From contig CAWIKF010000002.1 in the NCBI GenBank assembly GCA_963836755.1, forward strand, positions 544,001 to 608,000: a DNA stretch of 64,000 nt, given 5' to 3'. Made by a program: the position numbers and the translations under genes. This stretch comes from an uncultured Verrucomicrobiae bacterium (lineage in GTDB: Bacteria > Verrucomicrobiota > Verrucomicrobiia > Chthoniobacterales > Chthoniobacteraceae). Each line of letters begins with the position of its first letter. Position 1 is the stretch's first letter. The notes under the pieces were generated by a model. The model did not search any database. It saw nothing but the letters and a program-made list of their open reading frames with translations, and was not told the DNA's origin. Below, piece by piece: positions 1 to 9,536 of the stretch.

Positions 1-742
1 CGCATGCCTGCGCGGCGACCGCTCCGCCGAAAGAATGTCCAAAAATCCCGACGCGCCGTTCATCGATCTGATGTGAAAGCCAGCCGTCGTCCGCATTCAA
101 CCTTTCGATTTCGTGGAGAACAAAGCGGACATCCTGCGTGCGAATTTGCAATTGCGCCTCCGCATTTTTCAAAAATTGCTCCAGCCCTTCCGCGCTGGAA
201 AGATCCATCGCGAGGCTCGGATCGGACGTGACGACGCGGCCGTCAGGAAATTTCGTCGCCGCGCTCCCATACGGATGGTCGATCCCCGCGACGATGAACC
301 CGTGGCTCGCCAATTCCTCGGTCAAAAAAGTATTCTGCCCGCGCTGGCCGTCCCAAGCTGGAGAAAAAATGAGCAGCGGCCAGCCGCCCTTTGCTGACGC
401 GAGAGGCGCGTCCGTCTGCGCAGGCGCGCGAAGAAGTTCCTGCAGAAAAGCATGCGAGGAGGTCGTGGCGGACGCCGCGGGAGTTTTCGCGGGAAGTGCG
501 CGCGCGGTCAGCGTCGGATACCAAAACTGGACCATCAACTCGCGTGAGGCCGCGGGATTTTGGTCAAACGTCTCGTGGCGCGATTTATCCACCAAGTGCA
601 AAACGCGTGTCCCAATGCGATATCTACCGGTCGGATCGTCTTCAGTCCGAAAAATGAAAAGGAGCGCTGCGATCGACGCGGCCAGCAGCAGAATCGCACC
701 GCTAAGCCACAGCAATATCCTTCTGTTGAGGCGCCAATTCAC
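1..742 (-). CDS. PAF-acetylhydrolase-like alpha/beta hydrolase, runs off the window start (absent from ORF track)
   Basis: Manual minus-strand translation gives an N-terminal TM segment, PTGRYRIG, RELMVQFWYP, PLLIFSP, ELASHGFIVAGIDHPY and the nucleophile elbow GIFGHSFGG near 20-50. GTG start at 742 is tentative. Confidence 0.85.
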   Translation of the reverse strand, partial: MNWRLNRRILLWLSGAILLLAASIAALLFIFRTEDDPTGRYRIGTRVLHLVDKSRHETFDQNPAASRELMVQFWYPTLTARALPAKTPAASATTSSHAFLQELLRAPAQTDAPLASAKGGWPLLIFSPAWDGQRGQNTFLTEELASHGFIVAGIDHPYGSAATKFPDGRVVTSDPSLAMDLSSAEGLEQFLKNAEAQLQIRTQDVRFVLHEIERLNADDGWLSHQIDERRVGIFGHSFGGAVAAQAC

Positions 743-861
743 CTCCAGACCATTCCAGAGTCGCAGCGCCCGGGCAAATCGATAAAAAAATCGAATCTCT
801 ACGCTTTATGGTTGGACTTCGCCCGAAACCTGCTACTTTTCGCCCTTTGAAAACCGGCGCG

Positions 862-1362
862 ATGCTTCTCCGACTTTCTTTTTACCTTCTTTTGCTTGTT
901 TCTGCGTCTGCACTTGCCGCGGACAGCTCACTTTTTGAGCCGGCGAACGCACGCTCCTTGAGCCCAGAAATGGAAGCGCGCTTCGGACCAAAGTCCGCGA
1001 ACTTTCACTACGATGCGCGGATGATTCGCGCGGCAGAAATCGCCACGCGTCGCGCGCAGCCGCACATGACCTGGTATTGCTGGCGTTATGTGAAAGACGC
1101 CCTCCTTGCGGCCGGCGTGATCTCTTCGCGACCCTCGTCGCCCTACGCAAAAGAAGCCGGCGAGGAGCTGGTCCACCGTTTTGGTTTTACCAAACTGAAT
1201 GTCCACAACCCGCTCGACGCTCCTGTCGGCGCTGTGATCGTTTATGGCGGGCCTGATGCCGGGCATGTGGAAATCCGCACCAATTACGGATTCGTCAGCG
1301 ATTTCACCTCGCGCACGCCTTACCCACGGCCATTTCTCGGCGCCTACGTCAAAGAGTCCTGA
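862..1362 (+). CDS. Secreted NlpC/P60-CHAP-like Cys-His hydrolase, paralog 1 (putative peptidoglycan amidase)
   Basis: Signal peptide ending ALA; YCWRYVKDAL (Cys), GAVIVYGG, GHVEI (His), FVSDF. Confidence 0.65.
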   Translation: MLLRLSFYLLLLVSASALAADSSLFEPANARSLSPEMEARFGPKSANFHYDARMIRAAEIATRRAQPHMTWYCWRYVKDALLAAGVISSRPSSPYAKEAGEELVHRFGFTKLNVHNPLDAPVGAVIVYGGPDAGHVEIRTNYGFVSDFTSRTPYPRPFLGAYVKES

Positions 1363-1382
1363 TTCAAAGTGTTCATTTTTCG

Positions 1383-1410
1383 TTGACGTAAAAGATCATT
1401 TCCCTACCTT
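1383..1410 (+). promoter_or_regulatory. Putative sigma70 promoter for paralog 2
   Basis: TTGACG-16 bp-TACCTT, ending 13 nt before ATG 1424. Confidence 0.35.
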
Positions 1411-1423
1411 CCGCGCCGTCTTT

Positions 1424-1936
1424 ATGAAGAGTTCGATTTTCCTGATTTCGTTTGTGTGCGGGGTTCTCTCGTTTTTTACCCCGAACGCCAGGAGTGCGGA
1501 TTCGCTGTTTGATGTGCGGTCAGCTCGGACGCCCGGGCTCGAGCTGCAGAGCATTTTGGGGCCAAAGTCCGGCGGCATCCGCTACGATAAACGCATGATC
1601 CACGCGGCCCAGCTCGCGGCAGAGCGCGCACGGAAGCATTCCACGAGCCGCTGCTGGCACTCTGTGAAAGACGCGCTCGTCGCGGCAAATGTGGTGCCGA
1701 CAAGGCCGACGACTGAGTATGCGAAGCAGGCGGCCGGCGAACTGCAAAATAAATACGGATTCACGAAATTGAGGATCCAAAATCCGTTCGAAGCGCCGAT
1801 CGGTTCAGTGCTCGTTTACGGTGGCGCGGGAGCGGGCCACGTGGAATTGCGGACGTTGCAGGGTTTTGCCAGCGATTTCTTTTCCGCGACTCCATCGACG
1901 CGTCCGCTCATCGGCGTTTACGTCAAGCGGTCGTAG
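1424..1936 (+). CDS. Secreted NlpC/P60-CHAP-like Cys-His hydrolase, paralog 2
   Basis: Signal peptide; RCWHSVKDAL, GSVLVYGG, GHVEL, FASDF; collinear with 862-1362. Confidence 0.65.
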   Translation: MKSSIFLISFVCGVLSFFTPNARSADSLFDVRSARTPGLELQSILGPKSGGIRYDKRMIHAAQLAAERARKHSTSRCWHSVKDALVAANVVPTRPTTEYAKQAAGELQNKYGFTKLRIQNPFEAPIGSVLVYGGAGAGHVELRTLQGFASDFFSATPSTRPLIGVYVKRS

Positions 1937-3080
1937 TTCCCTCGCGAGCAGCGTCAAAGGTGGGCGCGATCCGTTGTGTCGTTTCTGGATCGAAGAAATG
2001 GATCTTCGCTTCTTCCATTTCAAACCGATGCCGCCGGCCGGCTTCGTCGTGATTAATCTCGAACGCGCTTCGGCAGATCGCGGTGTGCGCGCCGGTTTGG
2101 AAGTAAATATTTGTTTCTGCGCCCATCGGTTCGACAAGATCCACAATGGCAGGAAAGCGTAAATTCGCGGGCTGATTCGGATCTCTCACCAGCCGGATAT
2201 TCTCGGGACGAATGCCCAGGATAACTTCCTTTCCCATCCATGGTTTCAACTCGGACCTCGCGCCGAATTTGACCTCGATGCTGCCCTCTTCGACTTCCTT
2301 GAAAGTCACGCCGCCGGCTCCATCCTTGAGGCGGCCCTTGATGAAATTCATCGGCGGGTTGCCCATGAATCCGGCCACGAATGTGTTCACAGGTTGATAG
2401 TAGATATTCAAAGGCGCATCATATTGCTGCACGACGCCCTCCTTCATCACGACGATCCGATCGCCCATCGTCATCGCCTCGCCTTGATCGTGCGTGACGT
2501 AAATCATCGTAGCCTTCAAACGCCAATGCAGCTTGGTGATCTCCATGCGCATCTGGACACGCATTCTGGCGTCAAGGTTGGAAAGAGGCTCGTCAAATAG
2601 AAAAACCTTCGGCTGCCGCACCATCGCCCGGCCTACCGCCACGCGCTGGCGCTGCCCGCCGGAAAGTGCTTTCGACTTTCGGTCCAGATAACTCTCCAAG
2701 CCGAGTATGTTCGCCGCTTCCTTTACTCTTTTCCCAATTTCGTCCTTGGGAAATTTCCGAAGTTTTAACCCGAACGCGAGGTTCTCATAAACGGTCATGT
2801 GCGGATAAAGCGCATAGTTCTGGAAGACCATTGCTATATCCCTGTCCTTCGCTGCGACTTCATTAACTCTCTGGTCGCCGATCGAAACTTCGCCTTCGGA
2901 TATTTCTTCCAATCCAGCAATCATTCGCAAAGTGGAGGACTTGCCGCATCCAGTGGGTCCCACAATGACGACAAGCTCACGGTCATTGACTTCAAGGGTC
3001 AGATTCGTAACTGCGGCGATCTCCTGTTCCTTGCCACACCGGTAGATTTTCGAAACGTTCTTGAGACTTACTTTGGCCAT
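1923..3080 (-). CDS. Sugar ABC transporter ATP-binding subunit (MalK/UgpC/MsmX family)
   Basis: Walker A GPTGCGKS, VFQNYALYPHM, LSGGQRQR, FLFDEPLSNLDA, C-terminal TOBE-like region. Confidence 0.95.
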   Translation of the reverse strand: MAKVSLKNVSKIYRCGKEQEIAAVTNLTLEVNDRELVVIVGPTGCGKSSTLRMIAGLEEISEGEVSIGDQRVNEVAAKDRDIAMVFQNYALYPHMTVYENLAFGLKLRKFPKDEIGKRVKEAANILGLESYLDRKSKALSGGQRQRVAVGRAMVRQPKVFLFDEPLSNLDARMRVQMRMEITKLHWRLKATMIYVTHDQGEAMTMGDRIVVMKEGVVQQYDAPLNIYYQPVNTFVAGFMGNPPMNFIKGRLKDGAGGVTFKEVEEGSIEVKFGARSELKPWMGKEVILGIRPENIRLVRDPNQPANLRFPAIVDLVEPMGAETNIYFQTGAHTAICRSAFEINHDEAGRRHRFEMEEAKIHFFDPETTQRIAPTFDAAREGTTTA

Positions 3081-3208
3081 CGCGCGCCGTTATCGTGCCA
3101 TAGATTGGGCGGACGTAAACGGGTAATTGGTGTTAGCTGTCGAAATGATTAAGATTGATTCTCCACTCATGAACGATAGAAAAAGACAGTTCTTAACTCC
3201 TCAAACAT

Positions 3209-4519
3209 ATGACCGCCTTTCCTGAAATTACCCCAATTCCCTTTGAAGGACCAAAATCGAAAAACCCGCTCGCCTTTAAGCATTACAACCCGAACGAGGT
3301 CGTGGAAGGGAAGGCGATGCGCGAGCAACTTCGATTTTCTGTAGCTTATTGGCATACCTTTCGCGGAACGGGCGCAGATCCTTTTGGTCCCGGCACGATG
3401 CTGAGGCCGTGGGATGATGCATCGCAGTCGATCGAGAACGCACAAAACCGCGCACGTGTCGCCTTTGAGTTCATCGAAAAGCTCGGTGCACCATTCTATG
3501 CTTTCCATGACCGGGACATCGCTCCCGAAGGTGCGAGCTTGTCTGAAACCAATCGCAACCTTGATGCCGTAGTAAAGGTGCTAAAGGACGAACAAGCGCG
3601 CACGGGCATCAAGTTGCTTTGGGGCACGGCTAGTCTTTTCACCAATCCGCGCTTTGTCCACGGTGCAGCTACTAGTCCGAACGCGACGGTCTACACCTAT
3701 GCAGCGGCGCAGGTAAAGAAGGCCATCGAAGTAACTCATGAGCTAGGTGGAGAAGGTTATGTTTTCTGGGGAGGCCGCGAAGGTTACTCCACACTTTGGA
3801 ACACAGACATGAAGCGAGAGATGGAGCACCTCGCGAAGTTCTTGCACATGGCTGTGGATTATAAAAAGGAGATTGGTTTCAAAGGCGCCTTCTACATTGA
3901 GCCGAAGCCTCGCGAACCTACCACTCACCAATACGATTCTGATGCAGCGGCGTGTCTTAACTTTTTGCGCGAGTATGATCTGCTCAACGACTTCAAGCTT
4001 AACCTTGAAACCAACCACGCTACATTGGCCGGTCACACGATGCATCATGAGTGTGAAGTCGCTGCGGCCGCTGGAGCTTTGGGATCGATCGATGCGAATA
4101 CGGGTGATGAGTTGATTGGGTGGGATACGGATCAATTTCTGACCGATGTCTACGTCACGACCGCTGTGATGCTGACGGTTCTGAAGATGGGTGGTCTTAA
4201 AACAGGCGGCTTAAACTTTGACGCCAAGGTGCGTCGTGAGTCCTTTGAGCCGATCGACTTGTTCTATGCTCATATTGGCGGCATGGATGCCTTTGCGCGC
4301 GGGCTGAAGGTGGCTGCTGCAATCCGTGCTGATGGCCGCCTTGCGCAAATCGTGAAGGATCGCTACCAATCATGGGATGAAGGCGTTGGCGCGGAGATCG
4401 AAAGCGGTAAGCATACCTTTGCCAGCCTCGAGAAAATTGCCTTATCGCAACCTGATCCGAAGCAGCATCACTCGGGTCGACAGGAGTTGATCGAAAACAT
4501 CCTCAACGAGTTCGTTTAG
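3209..4519 (+). CDS. xylA: Xylose isomerase (class II)
   Basis: [59 protein letters not shown]. Confidence 0.97.
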   Translation: MTAFPEITPIPFEGPKSKNPLAFKHYNPNEVVEGKAMREQLRFSVAYWHTFRGTGADPFGPGTMLRPWDDASQSIENAQNRARVAFEFIEKLGAPFYAFHDRDIAPEGASLSETNRNLDAVVKVLKDEQARTGIKLLWGTASLFTNPRFVHGAATSPNATVYTYAAAQVKKAIEVTHELGGEGYVFWGGREGYSTLWNTDMKREMEHLAKFLHMAVDYKKEIGFKGAFYIEPKPREPTTHQYDSDAAACLNFLREYDLLNDFKLNLETNHATLAGHTMHHECEVAAAAGALGSIDANTGDELIGWDTDQFLTDVYVTTAVMLTVLKMGGLKTGGLNFDAKVRRESFEPIDLFYAHIGGMDAFARGLKVAAAIRADGRLAQIVKDRYQSWDEGVGAEIESGKHTFASLEKIALSQPDPKQHHSGRQELIENILNEFV

Positions 4520-4553
4520 ACTTAGCAGCGTTTCAAAGGTCGCTTCTAACAAG

Positions 4554-5786
4554 TTGAAAGAGCCGAGCGCCAGTCCTGCTAAAAAGAAGACCTGCTGCTG
4601 CGTGGTCGGCGGCGGGCCGGCGGGGATGATGCTTGGACTTCTGCTCGCGCGCGCCGGCGTGGAAGTGCTCGTGCTGGAAAAGCACGGCGACTTCTTCCGC
4701 GATTTCCGCGGCGATACCATCCATCCCTCGACGCTGGAGCTCTTGAACGAGCTCGGACTTTTGGAGGAGTTTTTGCAATTGCCGCACCAGAAAGTGCATC
4801 AACTCCGCTTGAAGTTTGACGACATTAGCTTCATCGGACCCGATTTTTCACATCTGCCGACGCGGTGCAAATTCATCGCATTTATGCCGCAATGGGATTT
4901 CCTAAATTTCATCGCACAACATGCGAGACGGCTTCCGCACTTCTCGCTGAAAATGAACGCGGAAGTCACTGGAGTCATCGTGGAAAATGGTCGCGTCGTC
5001 GGCGTGCGGGCGAAGACGAGCGACGGCGAACTTGAAGTGCGCGCGGATCTCGTTTTTGGCACGGACGGCCGTCACTCCGTCGTGCGTGAAAGTGCCGGGC
5101 TCGAAGTTCGCGAGAGTGGTGTGCCGATCGATGTCTTGTGGTTCCGGTTGCCGAAACCAAAGGATGGCCAGTCAAACTTTCTCGGAAGAATCAAAAACGG
5201 AACTCTGCTCGTGACGCTCGACCGCGACGATTATTACCAGGTCGGCTTCGTCATTCCCAAAGGCGCATTTTCAGAAATAAAAAGCCGCGGGCTCGCGGCG
5301 TTCCAAGAAACCATTGCAGCGATCGCACCGTCATTGCGGGCGGTGGTTGCGGAGTTGGACGATTGGGAAAAAATCAAGCTGCTCACCGTGCAGGTGAATC
5401 ATTTGCGGCGCTGGTTCCGGCCGGGCCTGCTCTGTATCGGCGATGCCGCGCATGCGATGTCACCTGCGGGCGGAGTCGGCATCAATCTCGCGATTCAAGA
5501 CGCGGTGGCGGCGGCAAATTTGCTCGGCGCGAAATTGCGGCGCGGTGAATGCATGACTGCCGATCTCAGCCAGGTGCAGCAGCGGCGCGAATGGGCCGTC
5601 CGCGCGATCCAGATGCTTCAAGTTTTTCTCCACCGGCGCATGTTTCGCAAAGTCGGCGGCACGGCAAAAGCGTTCGCGCCGTCGTGGCCAGTGCGAAAAT
5701 TTTTCAGCCTGTTCGCGCCGCTGCTTCGGCGGATCGCCGCACACATTTTCGGCATCGGCCTCCGGCCCGAGCATATTCTGAAGTAA
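4554..5786 (+). CDS. FAD-dependent oxidoreductase/monooxygenase (UbiH-like family)
   Basis: GGGPAG, FRDFRGDTIHPST, DGRHS, IGDAAHAMSPAGGVGINLAIQDA. TTG start tentative. Confidence 0.9.
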   Translation: MKEPSASPAKKKTCCCVVGGGPAGMMLGLLLARAGVEVLVLEKHGDFFRDFRGDTIHPSTLELLNELGLLEEFLQLPHQKVHQLRLKFDDISFIGPDFSHLPTRCKFIAFMPQWDFLNFIAQHARRLPHFSLKMNAEVTGVIVENGRVVGVRAKTSDGELEVRADLVFGTDGRHSVVRESAGLEVRESGVPIDVLWFRLPKPKDGQSNFLGRIKNGTLLVTLDRDDYYQVGFVIPKGAFSEIKSRGLAAFQETIAAIAPSLRAVVAELDDWEKIKLLTVQVNHLRRWFRPGLLCIGDAAHAMSPAGGVGINLAIQDAVAAANLLGAKLRRGECMTADLSQVQQRREWAVRAIQMLQVFLHRRMFRKVGGTAKAFAPSWPVRKFFSLFAPLLRRIAAHIFGIGLRPEHILK

Positions 5787-5834
5787 CAGACGCGGCTTGC
5801 GTTGAAAGGCGTATGCGCGACGGTTCGCCTTCGC

Positions 5835-7583
5835 ATGAAAGTTGTCGCTCGCGTTTTTGGTTACGTTCGCCGTTATCCCGCCATGGCCGGCGGCATGCTC
5901 GCCTGCGCTGTGCTGAGCACGATGCTCGTGGTGGTTTTTCCAAAGGCCACGCAGCACATCATCGACGATGTGGTGCGAGCGCATCGGCCGGACAAACTTT
6001 GGTTTTGGGTGGCCATCGGTGGCGGCGCTTTCCTCGCGCAAAACTTGTTTAACGCTCTGCGAATCGTCTTGAACAATACGTTCGAGCAGCGGGTGATTTT
6101 TGACCTGCGCAGCGACCTTTACTCACACATCCAGCAATTGCCACTGACGTGGTTCGATAATCGCACCACCGGCGATTTGATGACGCGCGTGCTGGAGGAT
6201 GTGACGTCGTTGGAGCGGATGTTGATCGACGGCATCGAGCAGGGCGTGGTCGCCGTGCTGCAAATCGCGATCGTCACCGTCGCGATGTTTCAACGCAGCC
6301 CGCGCCTCACGCTTTTCGCGCTGCTGCCGCTGCCTGTGCTCGCTTGTGGCGCACTTGTTTATACTTTGACGGCACACCGTCGCTATCGCCTGCAGCGGCG
6401 CGCGGCATCGGCGATGAATTCGCTTTTGCACGACAACCTCGCCGGCATCCGGCAGATCAAAACCTTCGTGCGCGAGCGCGAGGAGCATGCGCGTTTCAAT
6501 GGCGTCAGCAATCAGCTCCGCGAGGCGACTTTGATCGTGATGCGTGCATGGGCGATCTATCGGCCGGCGATGGATTTCATTGCCACGGCAGGGCTCGTGC
6601 TCGTCGTCGGCTTCGGTGGGAAGGCCGTGCTCAGCGGCGCGCTCCAGCTCGGCGATCTCGTCGCGTTTTTGATGCTCGTGCAATTTCTTTACGATCCCGT
6701 GGGGCGGCTGCATCAGCTCAACCAGCTATTTCAGGCCGGGCGCGCGGCGGGTGAGCGGGTTTTTGAGATCATGGACGAAAAGCCGGAGCCGGGGCGCGTG
6801 GAAGAAAATCCGGCAGCGGTGCAAAAAATAACCGGCGACGTTCGTTTTACCAACGTTTGTTTTTCTTATCAGGAAACTCAGCCGGTTTTGCACAACATCA
6901 ATCTCCACGCGCGACCCGGTCAAACCGTCGCGCTCGTCGGCGCAACCGGTGCCGGCAAATCTTCGCTGGTGCATTTGTTGACGCGGTTTTACGAGTTCGA
7001 CTCGGGCGAGGTTTTTGTCGACGGAAAACCGCTGCGCGAATATCCGCGCAACGCGCTGCGCAGCGGCATCGGCATGGTCACGCAGGAAAGCTTTTTGTTT
7101 AACGGCACGATTCGTGAAAACCTGCACATCGGCCGCCCCGGCGCGAGCGACGCAGAATTGTTCGAGGCGCTGGAGGCTGCGAATGCGCGCTCTTTTGTCG
7201 AGCGGATGCCGGACGGACTCGGCACAATCGTCGGCGAGCGCGGCGTCAAACTGAGTGTGGGCGAAAAGCAGCGCGTCTCGATTGCGCGGGCGCTGTTGAA
7301 GGATCCGCCAATTTTAATTTTGGATGAAGCGACGGCGAGCGTGGACACCGCGACCGAAAAGATGATCCAGGCCGCGCTCGATCGTTTGATGCAAAACAGA
7401 ACAAGCTTTGTGATCGCGCATCGGCTCTCGACCGTGCGGCACGCGGATCAAATTCTGGTGATGGATCGCGGTCGAATCGCCGAGCGCGGCACGCACGAGG
7501 AGTTGCTCGCGGTTGATGGAATTTACGCGCGGCTGTGCGAGCATGCATATTTTTCGACTGGCGGGTTGGCAATTGCTTCTTGA
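5835..7583 (+). CDS. ABC exporter, fused permease + ATPase (MdlB/MsbA-like)
   Basis: Multiple TM segments, GATGAGKS, LSVGEKQR, LILDEATASVD, IAHRLST. Confidence 0.93.
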   Translation: MKVVARVFGYVRRYPAMAGGMLACAVLSTMLVVVFPKATQHIIDDVVRAHRPDKLWFWVAIGGGAFLAQNLFNALRIVLNNTFEQRVIFDLRSDLYSHIQQLPLTWFDNRTTGDLMTRVLEDVTSLERMLIDGIEQGVVAVLQIAIVTVAMFQRSPRLTLFALLPLPVLACGALVYTLTAHRRYRLQRRAASAMNSLLHDNLAGIRQIKTFVREREEHARFNGVSNQLREATLIVMRAWAIYRPAMDFIATAGLVLVVGFGGKAVLSGALQLGDLVAFLMLVQFLYDPVGRLHQLNQLFQAGRAAGERVFEIMDEKPEPGRVEENPAAVQKITGDVRFTNVCFSYQETQPVLHNINLHARPGQTVALVGATGAGKSSLVHLLTRFYEFDSGEVFVDGKPLREYPRNALRSGIGMVTQESFLFNGTIRENLHIGRPGASDAELFEALEAANARSFVERMPDGLGTIVGERGVKLSVGEKQRVSIARALLKDPPILILDEATASVDTATEKMIQAALDRLMQNRTSFVIAHRLSTVRHADQILVMDRGRIAERGTHEELLAVDGIYARLCEHAYFSTGGLAIAS

Positions 7584-7678
7584 GGCGAGGTTTGGAACTC
7601 GGTCCGAGACTTCGCGAATTATCGCGATGAAATCGAAGAAAAAATTTCCCGTTAAATGATTGACTGGCATGAAAGATG

Positions 7679-7712
7679 GTGGTTGAAAGTGGGACGTTGT
7701 GGAGCAAAGTGG
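7679..7712 (+). promoter_or_regulatory. MraZ-binding repeats upstream of the dcw cluster
   Basis: GTGG at 7679, 7689, 7699 and 7709 (exact 10-bp period), matching the established MraZ operator architecture. Confidence 0.85.
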
Positions 7713-7741
7713 CTCCCATCGCCTATTAACAAACTTGAAAC

Positions 7742-8191
7742 ATGGCGAAATCAATCACCTCCAGTCCGATTTTCTCGGGTGAGTTTCGCCATTCCCTCGA
7801 CGACAAAAATCGCATCACCATTCCCGCGCGCTGGCGCTCGGGGGAGACCGAGGAAGTTTACGTTGTCAAAAATCCGAAGCGCGCGTGCCTCACGGTGATG
7901 CCGCAGGAGGTTTTCAAAAGAATCGGCGAAGACGCCAAAGAAAAATCTTCTCCCGCCGAGCACCGCATTTTCATCACGCATTTTTACTCACAGGCGAAAA
8001 ACTGCACGATAGACAAACAGGGACGGTTGTTGTTGCCGGAAGATTATTGCAAGGCCGCGGGCTTGCGGAGCGATGTCGTGCTCACCGGCGGCTCGGATCG
8101 CTTCGATCTCTGGAGCCCGGCGAGCTGGAAGGCGGTGCAGGATGAACAAATGCAGACGTATGAAAAAGTCTCGGAAGCTATTGGAATATGA
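7742..8191 (+). CDS. mraZ: Division/cell-wall cluster transcriptional regulator MraZ
   Basis: GEFRHSLDDKNRITIP and IDKQGRLLLP (two DxKxR motifs); first gene of the dcw cluster. Confidence 0.95.
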   Translation: MAKSITSSPIFSGEFRHSLDDKNRITIPARWRSGETEEVYVVKNPKRACLTVMPQEVFKRIGEDAKEKSSPAEHRIFITHFYSQAKNCTIDKQGRLLLPEDYCKAAGLRSDVVLTGGSDRFDLWSPASWKAVQDEQMQTYEKVSEAIGI

Positions 8192-9171
8192 TGTTTTTTC
8201 TCGACGCCACCCACGCCGCGTCTTCGGCGGAGCCACACGAAAAAGTGATGAGCACTGATGCGTTTCATGCGCCGGTGCTGCTGCGCGAAGTCATGGAAGC
8301 ACTCGCACCTGTGCCGGGAAAAATATTCGTCGATTGCACGCTTGGCGGCGGTGGCCACAGCGAGGCGTTGCTGGCCGCGGGAGCTGATGTCATCGGGCTC
8401 GATCAGGATCCGGAGGCGCTTGCACACGCGCAAAAACGGCTGGCGAAGAGTGGTGAAAAGTTTCGCGCGGTGCGGTCAAACTTTGACGCGATCGGCGATG
8501 TCTTGCACCAGCTCGGCGTGGAAAAAATCGACGGCGCTCTGCTGGATCTCGGCGTGTCATCGTGGCAGCTCGACACGCCAGAGCGCGGCTTTTCTTTCAT
8601 GAAAGATGGGCCGCTCGACATGCGAATGAATCTCGCTGCTTCCGTGACTGCGGCCGACCTGGTGAACAACGCCAGCGGTGAGCAGCTCGAGCGCATTTTC
8701 CGCGAGTTTGGTGAAGAACCGGCGGCGCGGCGCGTGGCGGCGCGCATCACTCGCGACCGCATGCAACGGCCGTTCGCGACGACTTTTGATCTCGTGCGCA
8801 GCATCGAGAGCGTGAATCCGCGCCGCGGCAGGATTCATCCGGCGACACGAATTTTTCAGGCGTTGCGCATCGCGGTGAATCGCGAAATCGAGGTGCTCGG
8901 CGAGGCGCTGGAACAAATTGCTGCGGTGCTGCGACCCGGCGGACGGGTCGCGGTGATCACGTTTCACTCGCTCGAGGATCGGCTGGTGAAAACTTTTTTT
9001 AAACAACGGAGCGTGCAATTTATCGACCGTCCTGAATGGCAGGCGCCGCGGCCGAATCCTGATTTCATTTTCAAGCTCGTGAACCGCAAGGCTCTGGTGG
9101 CGGGCGCTGCCGAGCAATCGACTAACCCGCGCTCGCGCAGCGCCAAACTTCGCGTCGCCGAAAAAATCTAA
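8188..9171 (+). CDS. rsmH: 16S rRNA m4C1402 methyltransferase
   Basis: HAPVLLREV, DCTLGGGGHS, DLGVSSWQLD, GPLDMRM, ITFHSLEDR, NPRSRSAKLR. Start 8188 (ATGA overlap) or 8248. Confidence 0.96.
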   Translation: MMFFLDATHAASSAEPHEKVMSTDAFHAPVLLREVMEALAPVPGKIFVDCTLGGGGHSEALLAAGADVIGLDQDPEALAHAQKRLAKSGEKFRAVRSNFDAIGDVLHQLGVEKIDGALLDLGVSSWQLDTPERGFSFMKDGPLDMRMNLAASVTAADLVNNASGEQLERIFREFGEEPAARRVAARITRDRMQRPFATTFDLVRSIESVNPRRGRIHPATRIFQALRIAVNREIEVLGEALEQIAAVLRPGGRVAVITFHSLEDRLVKTFFKQRSVQFIDRPEWQAPRPNPDFIFKLVNRKALVAGAAEQSTNPRSRSAKLRVAEKI

Positions 9172-9536
9172 TGTCCAACCGCTTCAAAAACGCGAACGCC
9201 GTTCCCGTGGCCGCGCTCACTCGCTGGCTGATCGTAGCGCTTTTCCTCGGCTCGGCCGGGCTGAGTTATGTCTATTTGAAAAATCAGATGCACGTGACCG
9301 GCGACGAAATCCGGCGGCTCGAGCACCAGCTCGGCGACCTCGAGACGCAGAGCGATGTCGTCAATGGCAAGATCTCGCAACTCGCCGCGCGCGGATATTT
9401 GCAGAAACGGCGCGCTGAGGGATTCATCCACCTGACGCCGATCACCGATGACCGCATCGTGCGCATCTCGGGCATGGCGACAACATCACAGCACAGCGAG
9501 ATGCGGCGCGTCTCAAACGAGGAGGTCACGAAGTGA
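9171..9536 (+). CDS. ftsL: FtsL-like bitopic coiled-coil division protein
   Basis: Single TM followed by coiled coil; lies between rsmH and the PBP gene. Confidence 0.65.
   Translation: MSNRFKNANAVPVAALTRWLIVALFLGSAGLSYVYLKNQMHVTGDEIRRLEHQLGDLETQSDVVNGKISQLAARGYLQKRRAEGFIHLTPITDDRIVRISGMATTSQHSEMRRVSNEEVTK

Noticed and set aside
138..785. 215-aa plus-strand ORF
   Set aside because: Overlaps the minus-strand hydrolase that carries the GHSFGG motif.
7679..7712. 10-bp-periodic GTGG repeats as a novel element
   Set aside because: Explained by the known MraZ operator; listed as a feature.
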